From: Sphingomonadaceae bacterium
GTDB lineage: Bacteria; Pseudomonadota; Alphaproteobacteria; Sphingomonadales; Sphingomonadaceae
Assembly (NCBI GenBank): GCA_947473355.1
Contig: CANJCQ010000011.1
Span: 404-64,403, forward strand
Length of the DNA stretch: 64,000 nt
Reading direction: 5' to 3'
The notes under the pieces are model-generated. The model worked only from the letters and a program-made list of their open reading frames with translations. It did not search any database and was not told the DNA's origin. Within the stretch, counting starts at the first letter, position 1, and the number at the start of each line of letters is the position of its first letter. Shown one piece after another: positions 1-9,341 of this stretch. Position numbers and translations under genes: made by a program.

Positions 1-245
1 TCAAAGTACGAATAGCCGGCAGGCTCCCTATGTGAAATCCACATTATGTCGCTCGGCCAGTCCGGATGCTTTGCATGGAGTTGCAAGCCATTATGGATAT
101 TGATCGTACCAGGGGCCAGTTTGGCCTGTTGCAACAAGTGGCAGACCTGCGAGAGGGGTGCGAGCAGATCGAGATCGATGTCCATCTCAAGCACATTGGG
201 AGCAAGCAGATCCCGATTGATGAAGTGCTTTGATGCTTTCTCCAT
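1..245 (-). CDS. Hypothetical protein, partial (runs off the window start)
   Basis: Open minus-strand frame from ATG at 245 (MEKASKHFINRDLLAPNVLEMDIDLDLL...WPSDIMWISHREPAGYSYF) with no stop before position 1. No family recognised; not in the ORF track. Confidence 0.35.
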   Translation of the reverse strand, partial: MEKASKHFINRDLLAPNVLEMDIDLDLLAPLSQVCHLLQQAKLAPGTINIHNGLQLHAKHPDWPSDIMWISHREPAGYSYF

Positions 246-368
246 GATCAGTGAGCCTACCGCACTCCCCAGGCCTATGGTAAGTTCCCTGCGGGTTGAC
301 TTTGGGTACGACCACCCTTAACGGCCCGGCTTCAAGTTTTTGCGGCACCATTGCCGCCCGAGGGTATC

Positions 369-494
369 ATGAAGATTCGCAACAGCCTCAAGTCGCTCAA
401 GGGCCGCCATCGCGACAACCGCGTGATTCGCCGCCGTGGCCGCACTTATGTGATCAACAAGACCAATCGCCGCTTCAAGGCGCGCCAGGGTTGA
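369..494 (+). CDS. rpmJ: 50S ribosomal protein L36, type B (Zn-independent)
   Basis: [41 protein letters not shown], 41 aa, the typical alphaproteobacterial L36. Below the ORF-track length cut-off. Confidence 0.97.
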   Translation: MKIRNSLKSLKGRHRDNRVIRRRGRTYVINKTNRRFKARQG

Positions 495-520
495 TTCGCT
501 GAGTCCCCGGGGAATCGGGG

Positions 521-1156
521 ATGTCTGACATGACTGGTTCAGTTTTTGCCCCGGTCTCGGCGGTCGTTTTCGATGTTGGCCGGGTAATGGTGCAATGGGA
601 TTTGCGCTTCCTGTTCGGCAAGCTGATCGACGACCCCGCGGAGCTCGACTGGTTTCTTGCCAATGTTGTCACCGAACAGTGGCATTTCCAGCATGATGCG
701 GGCCGACCGCTCGCCGAGATGGTTCCCGAGCGAATCGCCGAGTTTCCCGCTTACGCTTCCCAGATCGAGGCCTATGCCTCCCGCTTCAATGAAACCGTGC
801 CGGGGCCAGTGCCGGGCACGATTGAACTGGTGGAGACCCTGCACGGCGCAGGAGTGCCGCTCTATGCGATCACCAATTTCGGAGCCGAATTCTGGGAGTG
901 CTTTCGCCCGGAATGGCCGGTGTTCGATCGTTTTGGCGATATCGTAGTCTCAGGCGTCGAGAAGATCGCCAAGCCCGATCCGGCGATTTACGCCCTGGCG
1001 GCAAAGCGTTTCGGCCATGCGCCGGGCGCGATGCTGTTTATCGATGACAATCTCGCCAATATCACATCTGCGCGGGCCTGTGGCTGGCAGGCGCATCACT
1101 TCCGCGATGCAGCCTGCCTGGCCGAAGACCTGCGTGAACGCGGTCTGATCGGTTAG
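521..1156 (+). CDS. HAD-superfamily phosphatase/hydrolase
   Basis: Motif I FDVGRV, motif II TNF, KPDPAIY and motif IV FIDD. Confidence 0.9.
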   Translation: MSDMTGSVFAPVSAVVFDVGRVMVQWDLRFLFGKLIDDPAELDWFLANVVTEQWHFQHDAGRPLAEMVPERIAEFPAYASQIEAYASRFNETVPGPVPGTIELVETLHGAGVPLYAITNFGAEFWECFRPEWPVFDRFGDIVVSGVEKIAKPDPAIYALAAKRFGHAPGAMLFIDDNLANITSARACGWQAHHFRDAACLAEDLRERGLIG

Positions 1157-1216
1157 ATATTTGTTGCCGCGTCGTTATTCGCGAAAAACCGGTTCCCACT
1201 TTTTCGCACGACGCTA
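1154..1216. repeat. Short palindromic intergenic element (Bru-RS/RIME/CIR-like) spanning stop codon to stop codon
   Basis: Minus strand TAG-CGTCGTGCGAAAAAGTGGGAACCGGTTTTTCGCGAATAACGACGC-GGCAACAAATATCTAA. Nested inverted repeats with an AAGTGG-N2-ACCGGTT core recalled from alphaproteobacterial intergenic repeats. Confidence 0.65.
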
Positions 1217-1561
1217 ACCCGCCCCGTTGCAACGCGTCAGCTGTTCGGCGCTGAGTGCGCCTTGTGGCGTAGCAAAGCTGGCGATGGGCCCGAACTTGCG
1301 CGCGATTTTGATGCATACTGCCTGAGCTCGTGCCCCGTCTGCCGGGGCAGTGCAGCGTTCACCCTCACAGCGCCATATTGCGCCATCGACAATTTCGCGG
1401 CGCGGCGCAGCGAGCGGTGTGACGAGTACGGCAGCATAGGCGCCCGTTGCCGCCGCGCGGGCCGGAGCGGTGGTTACGGAAAAGCTGGCAAAGGTTCCTG
1501 CGAGCGCCAGTGCTGCGGTAATCAGGGCGCGCGGCAGGCTCCGCGCAATTGCGGTTGTCAT
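1214..1561 (-). CDS. Small secreted four-cysteine protein (CC_3452-like family)
   Basis: Signal peptide MTTAIARSLPRALITAALALAG..APARA, then WRCEGERC...AVC..IARKFG...L.RCN pattern. Start chosen at ATG 1561, which follows AAGGAG. Confidence 0.7.
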   Translation of the reverse strand: MTTAIARSLPRALITAALALAGTFASFSVTTAPARAAATGAYAAVLVTPLAAPRREIVDGAIWRCEGERCTAPADGARAQAVCIKIARKFGPIASFATPQGALSAEQLTRCNGAG

Positions 1562-1722
1562 GGGTGTTCTCCTTGAACTTTCACATTGCCCAGCCTGGAC
1601 CTGGGGAGGACAGGCTGAATTGCATTGCGAATCACAACCCATATAACTAGATTGCAACTTGCAACTGGAAATTCAAAATTTTTGGCGACGCACAGCGACA
1701 GGTTGCGCTAGACTGGATCACG

Positions 1723-2181
1723 ATGGAAAAATTATGTGACAATCTCGAGGAATGCGGCCTGCCCAGCGCGCTCGAAATGGTGGGGGATCGCTGGTCCTTC
1801 ATGATCCTGCGGGCGACTTTCAATGGCCTGTGCCATTTTGAGGAATTCCTCAATGTGCTCGGTATTGCGCGCAATATTCTCGCCAACCGGCTCTCGCGGC
1901 TGGTCGAAGACGGCATCATGCAGCGCGAGCAGATGGCGGACGATCGCCGCAAGGTCGAATATCGCCTGACCGAAAAGGGTGTCGACCTGCTGCCGGCGCT
2001 GCTCGCATTGCGTCAATGGGGTGAGAAATATGGCCTCGGTGTGCCGTCGAACCCGGTGCTCGCCGACCGGCGCGATAACCTGGCCATCGCCCCGATCCGC
2101 ATCCACGCCGCCGATGGTCGCGAAATCGGCTGGCACGAGCTGCAATGGCGCGACAAAAGCGAGCTGGGCAAGCAGGGCTAG
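1723..2181 (+). CDS. HxlR-family winged-helix transcriptional regulator
   Basis: ALEMVGDRWSFMILR...FEEF...GIARNILANRL..LVEDGI...VEYRLTEKG. Confidence 0.92.
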   Translation: MEKLCDNLEECGLPSALEMVGDRWSFMILRATFNGLCHFEEFLNVLGIARNILANRLSRLVEDGIMQREQMADDRRKVEYRLTEKGVDLLPALLALRQWGEKYGLGVPSNPVLADRRDNLAIAPIRIHAADGREIGWHELQWRDKSELGKQG

Positions 2182-3164
2182 GGTGCCGTGCAGATCGCGA
2201 CTGTTGAAGGTCCTTCGCCAACCGGAATAGTGGCAAGCGTTGCCAATGTTGCCGTGTCAATAATCGACACTGAATTGCCGTAGGGCCGCATGAACATTGC
2301 CTGCCGCCCGTCAGCGGTCAGAGCGATATAGCCTGGCAATTTGCCTGCATCGGCAATGTTCAGCGCTCGGCCACTGTCAAGATCGATCTGGCTGACATTG
2401 CCGGCATAGACATTGGTGACATAGATGCTGCGGAAGTCCGGAGCGAAGGCCATGCCGTTGGGCCCGGCCTCGGTCTTGATCGAGCGGACCAGGGTGTTGG
2501 TCGCGGTATCGATCACGCCGATATTGTCCGATTTGACGTGGCCAACATAGGCAAGGCGGCCATCTGGCGCCATCAGCACGTTGAACGGATAGGCATCAAG
2601 CGAGATAGTGGCCACGACAGTGCCGCTCTCGACGTCGAACACTGACATCGATTTTGCCAACAGGTTGCCGATATAGGCACGCTTGCCGTCGGGGGTCAGC
2701 GCGAGGCGCTCGGGCTGGGCCTGAAGCGGCACTATGGGCCCCAGCGTTCCCGTAGCCAGCTCGATCACCTGCACTGCGCCCGGCATATGGATGGTCTCGC
2801 CCAGCAAAGTCACCACCAGCCGCTTGCCGTCCGGCGTGAAGGCCATGCCAGAAGGCTTGGGGGCACCGGTCTTGATCGTGGCAACGACGTTGTCGCTGGT
2901 GGGATCGATGGCCGAGATCGTGCCCTCGGTGCTGTTCGCGACATAGAGCCGTGAGCGGTCAGGGCTGAATGTCGGGTTCACCGGATGCTTGTCGACCGCG
3001 ATCGTCTGGATCACGCGCCGGGTGGCAAGATCGATCACCGAAACCGAAGCGGAGCCCGAATTGACGACATAGGCCTTGCCCGCACAGCCCGGGCCCTTGG
3101 CGGCGGGACTGGCGGCAAGGGTGCTGGCGATCAGCATGACTGACAGGGCTAATTGCATCGACAT
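2178..3164 (-). CDS. Secreted YncE/YVTN-repeat beta-propeller protein
   Basis: Signal peptide MSMQLALSVMLIA; repeated AYVVN/LYVAN/TPDGKR/SVIDLAT blades. Confidence 0.88.
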   Translation of the reverse strand: MSMQLALSVMLIASTLAASPAAKGPGCAGKAYVVNSGSASVSVIDLATRRVIQTIAVDKHPVNPTFSPDRSRLYVANSTEGTISAIDPTSDNVVATIKTGAPKPSGMAFTPDGKRLVVTLLGETIHMPGAVQVIELATGTLGPIVPLQAQPERLALTPDGKRAYIGNLLAKSMSVFDVESGTVVATISLDAYPFNVLMAPDGRLAYVGHVKSDNIGVIDTATNTLVRSIKTEAGPNGMAFAPDFRSIYVTNVYAGNVSQIDLDSGRALNIADAGKLPGYIALTADGRQAMFMRPYGNSVSIIDTATLATLATIPVGEGPSTVAICTAP

Positions 3165-3366
3165 GGCAGGGTTCCTCTCGTGCGGCAGGAGCTCCGTCCC
3201 GTCCATCTGCAAGCAAGCTATCAACCGAATCGATGCAGTAAAAGCCCGAAGATTCGGGACCATCTGCCCGCGCCTGTCAATTTGCCCCTTTCATGCAGTC
3301 CAAGCTTGCGGCAGACTATGAGCCATAGAGGCCCGTAAAGTGCTTCAGCCCGGAAGGAATCAAAGC

Positions 3367-4584
3367 ATGCAGACCATCGCCGAACTCGACCTGCCCCATC
3401 TGGAAATGGACAAGCCCGAGTTCGGGCAGGACCCTTTGCCGCGCTTCGCCGAGGCGCGAGCGCAGCATCCTTGGCTCGCCACGTCGTCGCTGGGTCTGGT
3501 GATCACCGAGCACAAGGCCATGCGCGAGCTGTTCGGGCGCGATGAAGAGCTGCGCCCACCCTACAAGGATGTCGTCGCACTGCTGGGACAGGAGGGAACT
3601 ACCTGGGGCCGTTTCACCGAGGAGCAGCTGATCTCGCTGCCGGTCGATCAGCACAAGTTCCTGCGCGATACCTTTGCCGCCAAGTTCACCCCGCGCTTCG
3701 CCAACCAGATGCGCCCCTTGATGCAGGCAACGATTTCCCGCCTGCTCGACGAATGGGCGCCCAAGGGCAGCTTCGATTTCGAGCTCTTCGCCTCGCACTT
3801 CCCGATCTCGGTGATGTTTGCGCTTGTAGGCGCGCCGCAGGAGGGGATTGCGCTGCTGCGTGACGATCTGGAGGTGATCGGCCTTGCACATTCCTATCAG
3901 CTCGACCTGTTCCCGCGCATCCAGGAAGGCATGGTGCGGATCGACCAGTTCGTGCAGCGCATCATCGCCGAACGCCGCGCGGCCCCGCACGATACCGTCG
4001 AGGACATGCTCGACCTGCTGATCGAAACCAGCGACACTGGCAACGTCAATCACCGCCAGCTGGTCGATCTGATCATGTTCTTCTTTATCGCCGGCTATGA
4101 CACATCGAAGAACGTACTGACCTACACGATGTACACCCTGCTCGACCATCCCGAGATCTATGCGCGCTGCGCTGATGATCTCGACTATTGCCGCAAGGTC
4201 ATCGAGGAAGCACTGCGCTGGTTCAATCCTTCCACCGTGGCCCGCTTCGTTGACAAGGAATTCGAATATCGCGGCGTGACTTTCCCCAAGGATCAGATGC
4301 TGTTCTTCCCGCTGAGCATCTCAGGCCGCGATCCGGGCTCATTTCCGGATGCCGACACTTTCAATCCCGACCGGGTAAACGATCCCAACAACCGCCAACT
4401 CGCATTCGCGCTCGGAAAGCACATGTGCCTTGGCCAATATATCGCCCGCACCCAGTTGCAGGAGGCGCTGCACCAGGTCGCCCAGCGGCTCAGGAATCCG
4501 CGCATGACCGGTGAGGTCGGCTGGCGTCCATTTTTCGGCGCCTGGGGTCTGAAAGGCCTGCCGATTGAATTCGACGCCGCCTGA
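3367..4584 (+). CDS. Cytochrome P450
   Basis: I-helix AGYDTS, K-helix EEALR, heme motif FALGKHMCLG. Confidence 0.96.
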   Translation: MQTIAELDLPHLEMDKPEFGQDPLPRFAEARAQHPWLATSSLGLVITEHKAMRELFGRDEELRPPYKDVVALLGQEGTTWGRFTEEQLISLPVDQHKFLRDTFAAKFTPRFANQMRPLMQATISRLLDEWAPKGSFDFELFASHFPISVMFALVGAPQEGIALLRDDLEVIGLAHSYQLDLFPRIQEGMVRIDQFVQRIIAERRAAPHDTVEDMLDLLIETSDTGNVNHRQLVDLIMFFFIAGYDTSKNVLTYTMYTLLDHPEIYARCADDLDYCRKVIEEALRWFNPSTVARFVDKEFEYRGVTFPKDQMLFFPLSISGRDPGSFPDADTFNPDRVNDPNNRQLAFALGKHMCLGQYIARTQLQEALHQVAQRLRNPRMTGEVGWRPFFGAWGLKGLPIEFDAA

Positions 4585-4590
4585 CCCGGT

Positions 4591-4935
4591 TCAGACGATC
4601 CGCCGCACTTCGTCGCCGAATTCTTCGTAGACCAGGAACTGCAGATCGTCGGTGTTGATCGCGTCGGTCATGAATATCTCGCCGCTGTTTGCTCGTTCGC
4701 TGAGCGCACCAAATGGCACGGCCCAATCATCCGCTGAATATTCGTAGATCGCGCAATATGGGTATGCCGGCATCTCTTCGCTGAGTTTGCCGGAAAGCTT
4801 GAAGCGCCGAGCTGACGTAAAACCGGGCGTGGCGATGACTTCGCCGAGATGCCGGTTCTGATACCAGTCGTTATATTCGTCTTCGCGGCCCTCGTGCGGC
4901 TGGGAAAAGACGATCATCTTGAAGTTCTTTGCCAT
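4591..4935 (-). CDS. EthD/DUF4286-like dimeric alpha-beta barrel protein
   Basis: EDEYNDWYQNRHL.EV...PGF.SARRF pattern. Confidence 0.7.
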   Translation of the reverse strand: MAKNFKMIVFSQPHEGREDEYNDWYQNRHLGEVIATPGFTSARRFKLSGKLSEEMPAYPYCAIYEYSADDWAVPFGALSERANSGEIFMTDAINTDDLQFLVYEEFGDEVRRIV

Positions 4936-4937
4936 AT

Positions 4938-5501
4938 TCAGCTCCCCGGATTGAACTCTGCCCGCTTGTTGACCAGCGGACGAATGTAAGAGGCATCGCC
5001 GCCATCGCGCGCCGGCACGCCATTCAGCTCAAGCCCCGGAATCTCGCCCAGCGGGCTGCCCATCGCGGGGACCATGCTGGTCCATTCGACAAAATTGTTG
5101 CGCATGACCATGCCCCATTTCCCGTCGCGGCGCTCGAAGCGGTCGATATAGCGCCCGCCCGCCAGCAGGTTGTTTTCGCCCATGCAGCCCACGAAGAAGT
5201 AATAGGTCTCGGCATGCGCCTCGTCGCCAGAGATGTCGCAGGTCATCTGGTGCAGCTTGTGCAAGGTGGTGGTGTACATGTCCGCCTGGAAAGCGGCGGC
5301 CCAGTCATAGAGATCGGCGGGTTTGCCCACGAAGGGCCCGGCGGTGACCACGGAATCGGCATGGAAGCCGCTCAGGAACAGCTCCTTGTCGCAGCGATCA
5401 GTGCCGCGGCTCTGGCGGACCAGGCATTCGTAGATTTCCTGCTTGTCGAGCAGCGCGTCGAGTTTCGCTTGCCTGTCCATTGTACCTCTCCTGTCCGTCA
5501 A
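4938..5501 (-). CDS. SnoaL/NTF2-like family protein
   Basis: DKQEIYECLVR..RG.DR.D...GGRYIDRFERRDGKW pattern. Confidence 0.85.
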   Translation of the reverse strand: MTDRRGTMDRQAKLDALLDKQEIYECLVRQSRGTDRCDKELFLSGFHADSVVTAGPFVGKPADLYDWAAAFQADMYTTTLHKLHQMTCDISGDEAHAETYYFFVGCMGENNLLAGGRYIDRFERRDGKWGMVMRNNFVEWTSMVPAMGSPLGEIPGLELNGVPARDGGDASYIRPLVNKRAEFNPGS

Positions 5502-6367
5502 ACCGGCTGCCAGATCGGCCCGCCGCGCGCATCGCGCGCCGAAGGGATCACGCGGCCGTCGATGTCGGTAATGCCATAATCCTGCGCGACTTCTGTGGTG
5601 ATGAAAGTCCCGCCCGAACGCTTCATGATTTCGGGATCGGCGGTCAAGGCAGCGATCACCCGGCCGGGGTGCTCAACCGAGCTGCCGGTCATGCTGGTGA
5701 TCGAACTGGTCATCTTCTCTTTCGACTGCGCCAGATTGTAATGCGCCTTCTCGGTCAGCGTCAGACCCTGCCACAGCGAGATCGAAGCGACATTGTGCTC
5801 CTTCAATTCGATCGCCATGTCGCGCGCCATCCGGTCGACGGCGGTCTTGGCGGTCCCAAAGACCACACCGAAGGTGTAGGTGACCCCGACAAAGCCCGAG
5901 ATGGCAACGATCAGGCCCGTCTTGTGGGGCACCATCAAGGGCGCGGCATGCCAGGCCGCGACGAAGCTGGAACGCACCCCGACCTGCCACATCTCGAGGT
6001 TGGACAGCGGCTTCTCCCAGAACTTCTCCGGCTCGATCAGATCGTCGCTGAGGGTGAAGGCATTGTTGACCAAAATGTCGAGCTTGCCCTGCTCACGCCG
6101 CACCTGCTCGAAAAGGGCTGCGACCTGCTCGTCGTTGCCATGATCGCAGGCAACAGCAATACCCCTTCCGCCGCTGTTCTTGCCGCGCTCGGTGCATTCC
6201 GCCGCGGTTTCGCCGACCGTGCCGGGAAGGTAATAGGTGCCTGGCGTCACGGTGCGCCCGGTCACATAGACAGTCGCACCCTGCTCCGCGAGCACCAGTG
6301 CGATGCCGCGACCGATCCCCCGGCTTGCACCGGTTACAACTGCTACCTTGCCTGTAAGCGGGGCCAT
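5498..6367 (-). CDS. Short-chain dehydrogenase/reductase (DHRS1-like)
   Basis: TGASRGIG Rossmann motif, LVNNA. The catalytic position reads FGTAK rather than YxxxK. Confidence 0.9.
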   Translation of the reverse strand: MAPLTGKVAVVTGASRGIGRGIALVLAEQGATVYVTGRTVTPGTYYLPGTVGETAAECTERGKNSGGRGIAVACDHGNDEQVAALFEQVRREQGKLDILVNNAFTLSDDLIEPEKFWEKPLSNLEMWQVGVRSSFVAAWHAAPLMVPHKTGLIVAISGFVGVTYTFGVVFGTAKTAVDRMARDMAIELKEHNVASISLWQGLTLTEKAHYNLAQSKEKMTSSITSMTGSSVEHPGRVIAALTADPEIMKRSGGTFITTEVAQDYGITDIDGRVIPSARDARGGPIWQPV

Positions 6368-6450
6368 GATTTCCTCTCCGTACTAACGAATCCTGTTGCA
6401 GCGGGACTACACTGTGCGAATAGAATGGCAAGCAAGCGCGGGAGAGAACG

Positions 6451-7464
6451 ATGAGCGGCAAACTGACTTTCGGCTACATTTACGACTTTCGCAATCCGCC
6501 CCAATGGCACCGCGACTGGGCCTTGCATTATGCCGAACTGATCGACTTCGCGGCCTGGACCGAAGGTCAGGGCTTCGATGCCGCATGGTTCCCCGAGCAT
6601 CACATCGCCAGCGATGGCTATCTCCCCGCGCCGCTGATCGCCGCCACCGCAGTCGCCGCGCGGACCAGCAGCTTGCGGGTGGGCACGGCAGTGGCTCTGG
6701 CGCCGCTCTATAATCCGGTGCGCTTTGCCACCGAGTGCGCGGTGCTCGATTGCATTGCCGGCGGGCGGCTGGAAGTGACTCTCGCCATCGGTTATCGCCG
6801 CCGCGAGACCCAGGCTTTCGGCGTCGATTTCGCCAAGCGCGGCGCCATGTTCGACGAATTCCTCGAGATCGTCACCCGGCTCTGGGCGGGCGAGACCGTC
6901 AGTTTTGACGGCAAATTCTACCAGATCAAGGTAGCCAGCCTGATGCCGCCGCCGCCGCGCGGGCGCATTCCGCTCTATATCGGCGGCTTCGTGCCGAAAG
7001 CGATGGAGCGGGTGGCCAAGTGGGCGGACGGCTATTTCGGCAATGTGGAGGCCGCCCCGCTCTATCTCGACAAGCTCAAGGCGGCGGGGAAGGATGTTTC
7101 GCGGGCCAGCATGCGCCTGCCCGAACTGTTTACAGTGGTCGCGCAAGACAAGGCACAGACCTGGGAAGAGCTGGCCCCGCATTTCCACCACGTCAACAAC
7201 ACCTATGGCGATATGGCAGCGGAAGATCAGGCGCTGGGCGTATCCGGTGATCGCGGACTGGAGACGATGAGCCTGGAGGCCTTCAAGGCATCGGGGATCA
7301 TGCGGGTACTTTCGCCGGGCGAGGCTATCGATCTGTTCCGGGGAATGCAGGATCGCGCGCCGGTCGATCACGTGATGCTGGGCATTCCGCCGGGCCTGCC
7401 GTCTGCGCGGTTCAAGCCCTATGCCGAGCTGTTTGCGCGGGAGGTTATTCCGGCGTTTGCGTGA
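6451..7464 (+). CDS. LLM-class flavin-dependent oxidoreductase
   Basis: GFDAAWFPEHH, LRVGTAVALAPLYNPVRFA.E.AVLD...GRL motifs. Confidence 0.92.
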   Translation: MSGKLTFGYIYDFRNPPQWHRDWALHYAELIDFAAWTEGQGFDAAWFPEHHIASDGYLPAPLIAATAVAARTSSLRVGTAVALAPLYNPVRFATECAVLDCIAGGRLEVTLAIGYRRRETQAFGVDFAKRGAMFDEFLEIVTRLWAGETVSFDGKFYQIKVASLMPPPPRGRIPLYIGGFVPKAMERVAKWADGYFGNVEAAPLYLDKLKAAGKDVSRASMRLPELFTVVAQDKAQTWEELAPHFHHVNNTYGDMAAEDQALGVSGDRGLETMSLEAFKASGIMRVLSPGEAIDLFRGMQDRAPVDHVMLGIPPGLPSARFKPYAELFAREVIPAFA

Positions 7465-7492
7465 GCGGTGAGGGGAGAAACCTCCCCACTTG

Positions 7493-7603
7493 CCGTCATC
7501 CCCGCGAAGGCGGGGACCCATCACCTGCCATTGCGCCACGCACTAACGCTCTCGTTGTGCGACCATCTTCGGAGTTGGGTCCCCGCTTTCGCGGGGATGA
7601 CGG
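7493..7603. repeat. Palindromic doublet, family A copy 1
   Basis: CCGTCATCCCCGCGAAGGCGGGGACCCA (7493-7520) inverted with TGGGTCCCCGCTTTCGCGGGGATGACGG (7576-7603), one mismatch. Lies between convergent genes. Confidence 0.92.
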
Positions 7604-7621
7604 GGGGCAGATGCGAACGGC

Positions 7622-8602
7622 TCAAGGCTCAACGTAGCGGTTGACCTCGCCGATCTTCTTGCCGTCCTCGAAATAACCCAGCCCATAGTCGCCGCGAATG
7701 GTTGAGCGGATGGTGCGACGCTCGTATCTGGCGTCGCTGCCTTCCACTGCATGGAGCATGCGACTGTTGTCCCAGATCACCATGTCAGTCGGCTTCCATT
7801 GGTGCCAATAGGCGCTGGTACCCTTGCCGAGCTTGTTCAGCGTGTGGCAGATCTCGTCATAGAGCTTGTCGCCCTCGGGGGTCTCGTCGTGCTCGATGCC
7901 GACGGCCATCCATGGTGCGAGGTGTAGCACTTTCTCGCCGGTCTTGCGGGTCCAGACCGCCGGATGCATCGCGCGGGGGAAGATCGCGACTTCCTTGAGC
8001 AGCTGCGGTGTTGACCTATTCTCGCTGACTGCCTTGAAATTCACCCCATACTTCTGCTTCGAAAGCCGCGTGTCGAGCGTGTATACGATGTTCTTGCCTT
8101 CGATCCTGTCGCGCAGTTCCCTGGGGAATTGGCGATAGGTTTCAATCCCGTCCATGAAGCCGGTGCGGCCATGGGTCGGGGCATTGATCGGGCAGCGCAG
8201 AATGCCGGCGTAGTTGAGCTCGTCATTATAGCAGTGGTCGAAATGCCAGGGGGAAAAGCGCGCCAGCAACTGGCCATCGACTTCGACAATACCGTCACCC
8301 GTGTCGGCCTCGCCGTCCTTGGGCTGATAATGCATGTCGATCACTCCGGCCGCATCTTCCTCGGCAGTGCGCGGCGTGGTTGAGGTCGGGTGATCCTTAA
8401 GCGGGCCGAACACCTTGCTGAGCTCGACATGCATCTTGTTCGATTGCTCGATGTTCTCGAACACGATCATGCCGCGATCCTCGAACAGCGAGCGCAGCTT
8501 GGCGCGCACCGCTTTGTCCTGGACATTTTCCAGCGTGACGCCTTCGACGCGGGCGCCGAACGAAAGATCGTCCTGCAGGGCGCTGATTTTGAGTTCGGTC
8601 AT
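7622..8602 (-). CDS. TauD/TfdA-family Fe(II)/2-oxoglutarate dioxygenase
   Basis: WHFD (HxD) and WDNSRMLHA motifs. Confidence 0.92.
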   Translation of the reverse strand: MTELKISALQDDLSFGARVEGVTLENVQDKAVRAKLRSLFEDRGMIVFENIEQSNKMHVELSKVFGPLKDHPTSTTPRTAEEDAAGVIDMHYQPKDGEADTGDGIVEVDGQLLARFSPWHFDHCYNDELNYAGILRCPINAPTHGRTGFMDGIETYRQFPRELRDRIEGKNIVYTLDTRLSKQKYGVNFKAVSENRSTPQLLKEVAIFPRAMHPAVWTRKTGEKVLHLAPWMAVGIEHDETPEGDKLYDEICHTLNKLGKGTSAYWHQWKPTDMVIWDNSRMLHAVEGSDARYERRTIRSTIRGDYGLGYFEDGKKIGEVNRYVEP

Positions 8603-8780
8603 GCCACATTCTCCCATTTGGCTGCCTCTACACCCCGGAATTCCGGCGGCACGGGCGCTGCTATGGCGCTATCTAAGTGCAGCAAAGCTGCCCAAGTCAA
8701 TGGCCGAATTGGGGCGAACCGTGCATTTCGTCACAGATCGCTTGTATTCGCCGCCTGCCTCGGCTGGTATCTGCCTCGCC

Positions 8781-9341
8781 ATGACCCAAGCTCAATATCT
8801 CTCAGGCCGCATGTTGCTGGCCATGCCCGGCATGGGCGACCCGCGCTTCGCCCGCGCGGCGATTGCGCTTTATGTACACGACGAGAACGGGGCCTTCGGG
8901 GTTGGCGTCGGGCATCTGCGCAGCGGGGTGAGCTTGCATGAGTTGATGCGCGAACTCGACATTGATCCGGGTGTTGCCCCCGATTGTCCGATCCACGACG
9001 GCGGACCGGTCGAGCCCGGGCGCGGCTTTGTCCTGCATTCGCCCGATTGGGATAGCGAAGACACGCTGATGGCCCCGCCGCTCGGCGGCCTTTCCGCTTC
9101 GCTCGACATATTGCGTGCGATTGCCGAGGGGCATGGACCCGCCAAGTGGATGGTCGCGCTCGGCTATGCCGGCTGGGTGCCGGGCCAGCTCGACATGGAA
9201 ATGCGCCACCACGGCTGGTATGCGGCTGAAGGTCGAAGCGGCGTGCTGTTCGATCATCCGGCGGAGCGCCGCTGGGAAGCGGCATGGCGCGCCGAAGGGA
9301 TCGATCCGGCGCTGCTGGCGAGTGAAACCGGGAGGGCATGA
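8781..9341 (+). CDS. YqgE/AlgH (DUF179) family protein
   Basis: LLAMPGMGDPRF, GGPVEPGRGFVLH, LGYAGW..GQL..E motifs. Confidence 0.92.
   Translation: MTQAQYLSGRMLLAMPGMGDPRFARAAIALYVHDENGAFGVGVGHLRSGVSLHELMRELDIDPGVAPDCPIHDGGPVEPGRGFVLHSPDWDSEDTLMAPPLGGLSASLDILRAIAEGHGPAKWMVALGYAGWVPGQLDMEMRHHGWYAAEGRSGVLFDHPAERRWEAAWRAEGIDPALLASETGRA

Noticed and set aside
46-321. 91-aa plus-strand ORF in the track
   Set aside because: No recognisable motif, and it overlaps a more plausible minus-strand frame.
1650-1666. TTGCAA-C-TTGCAA repeat between the CC_3452-like gene and the HxlR gene as an HxlR operator
   Set aside because: Plausible, but too short to distinguish from chance without comparative data.
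3263-3340. Longer upstream starts in the ORF track (e.g. 3263, 3340, 8415, 17485, 20185, 40727, 42614, 44345, 61027)
   Set aside because: Family motifs, signal peptides or SD positions favour the downstream starts used in the feature list.
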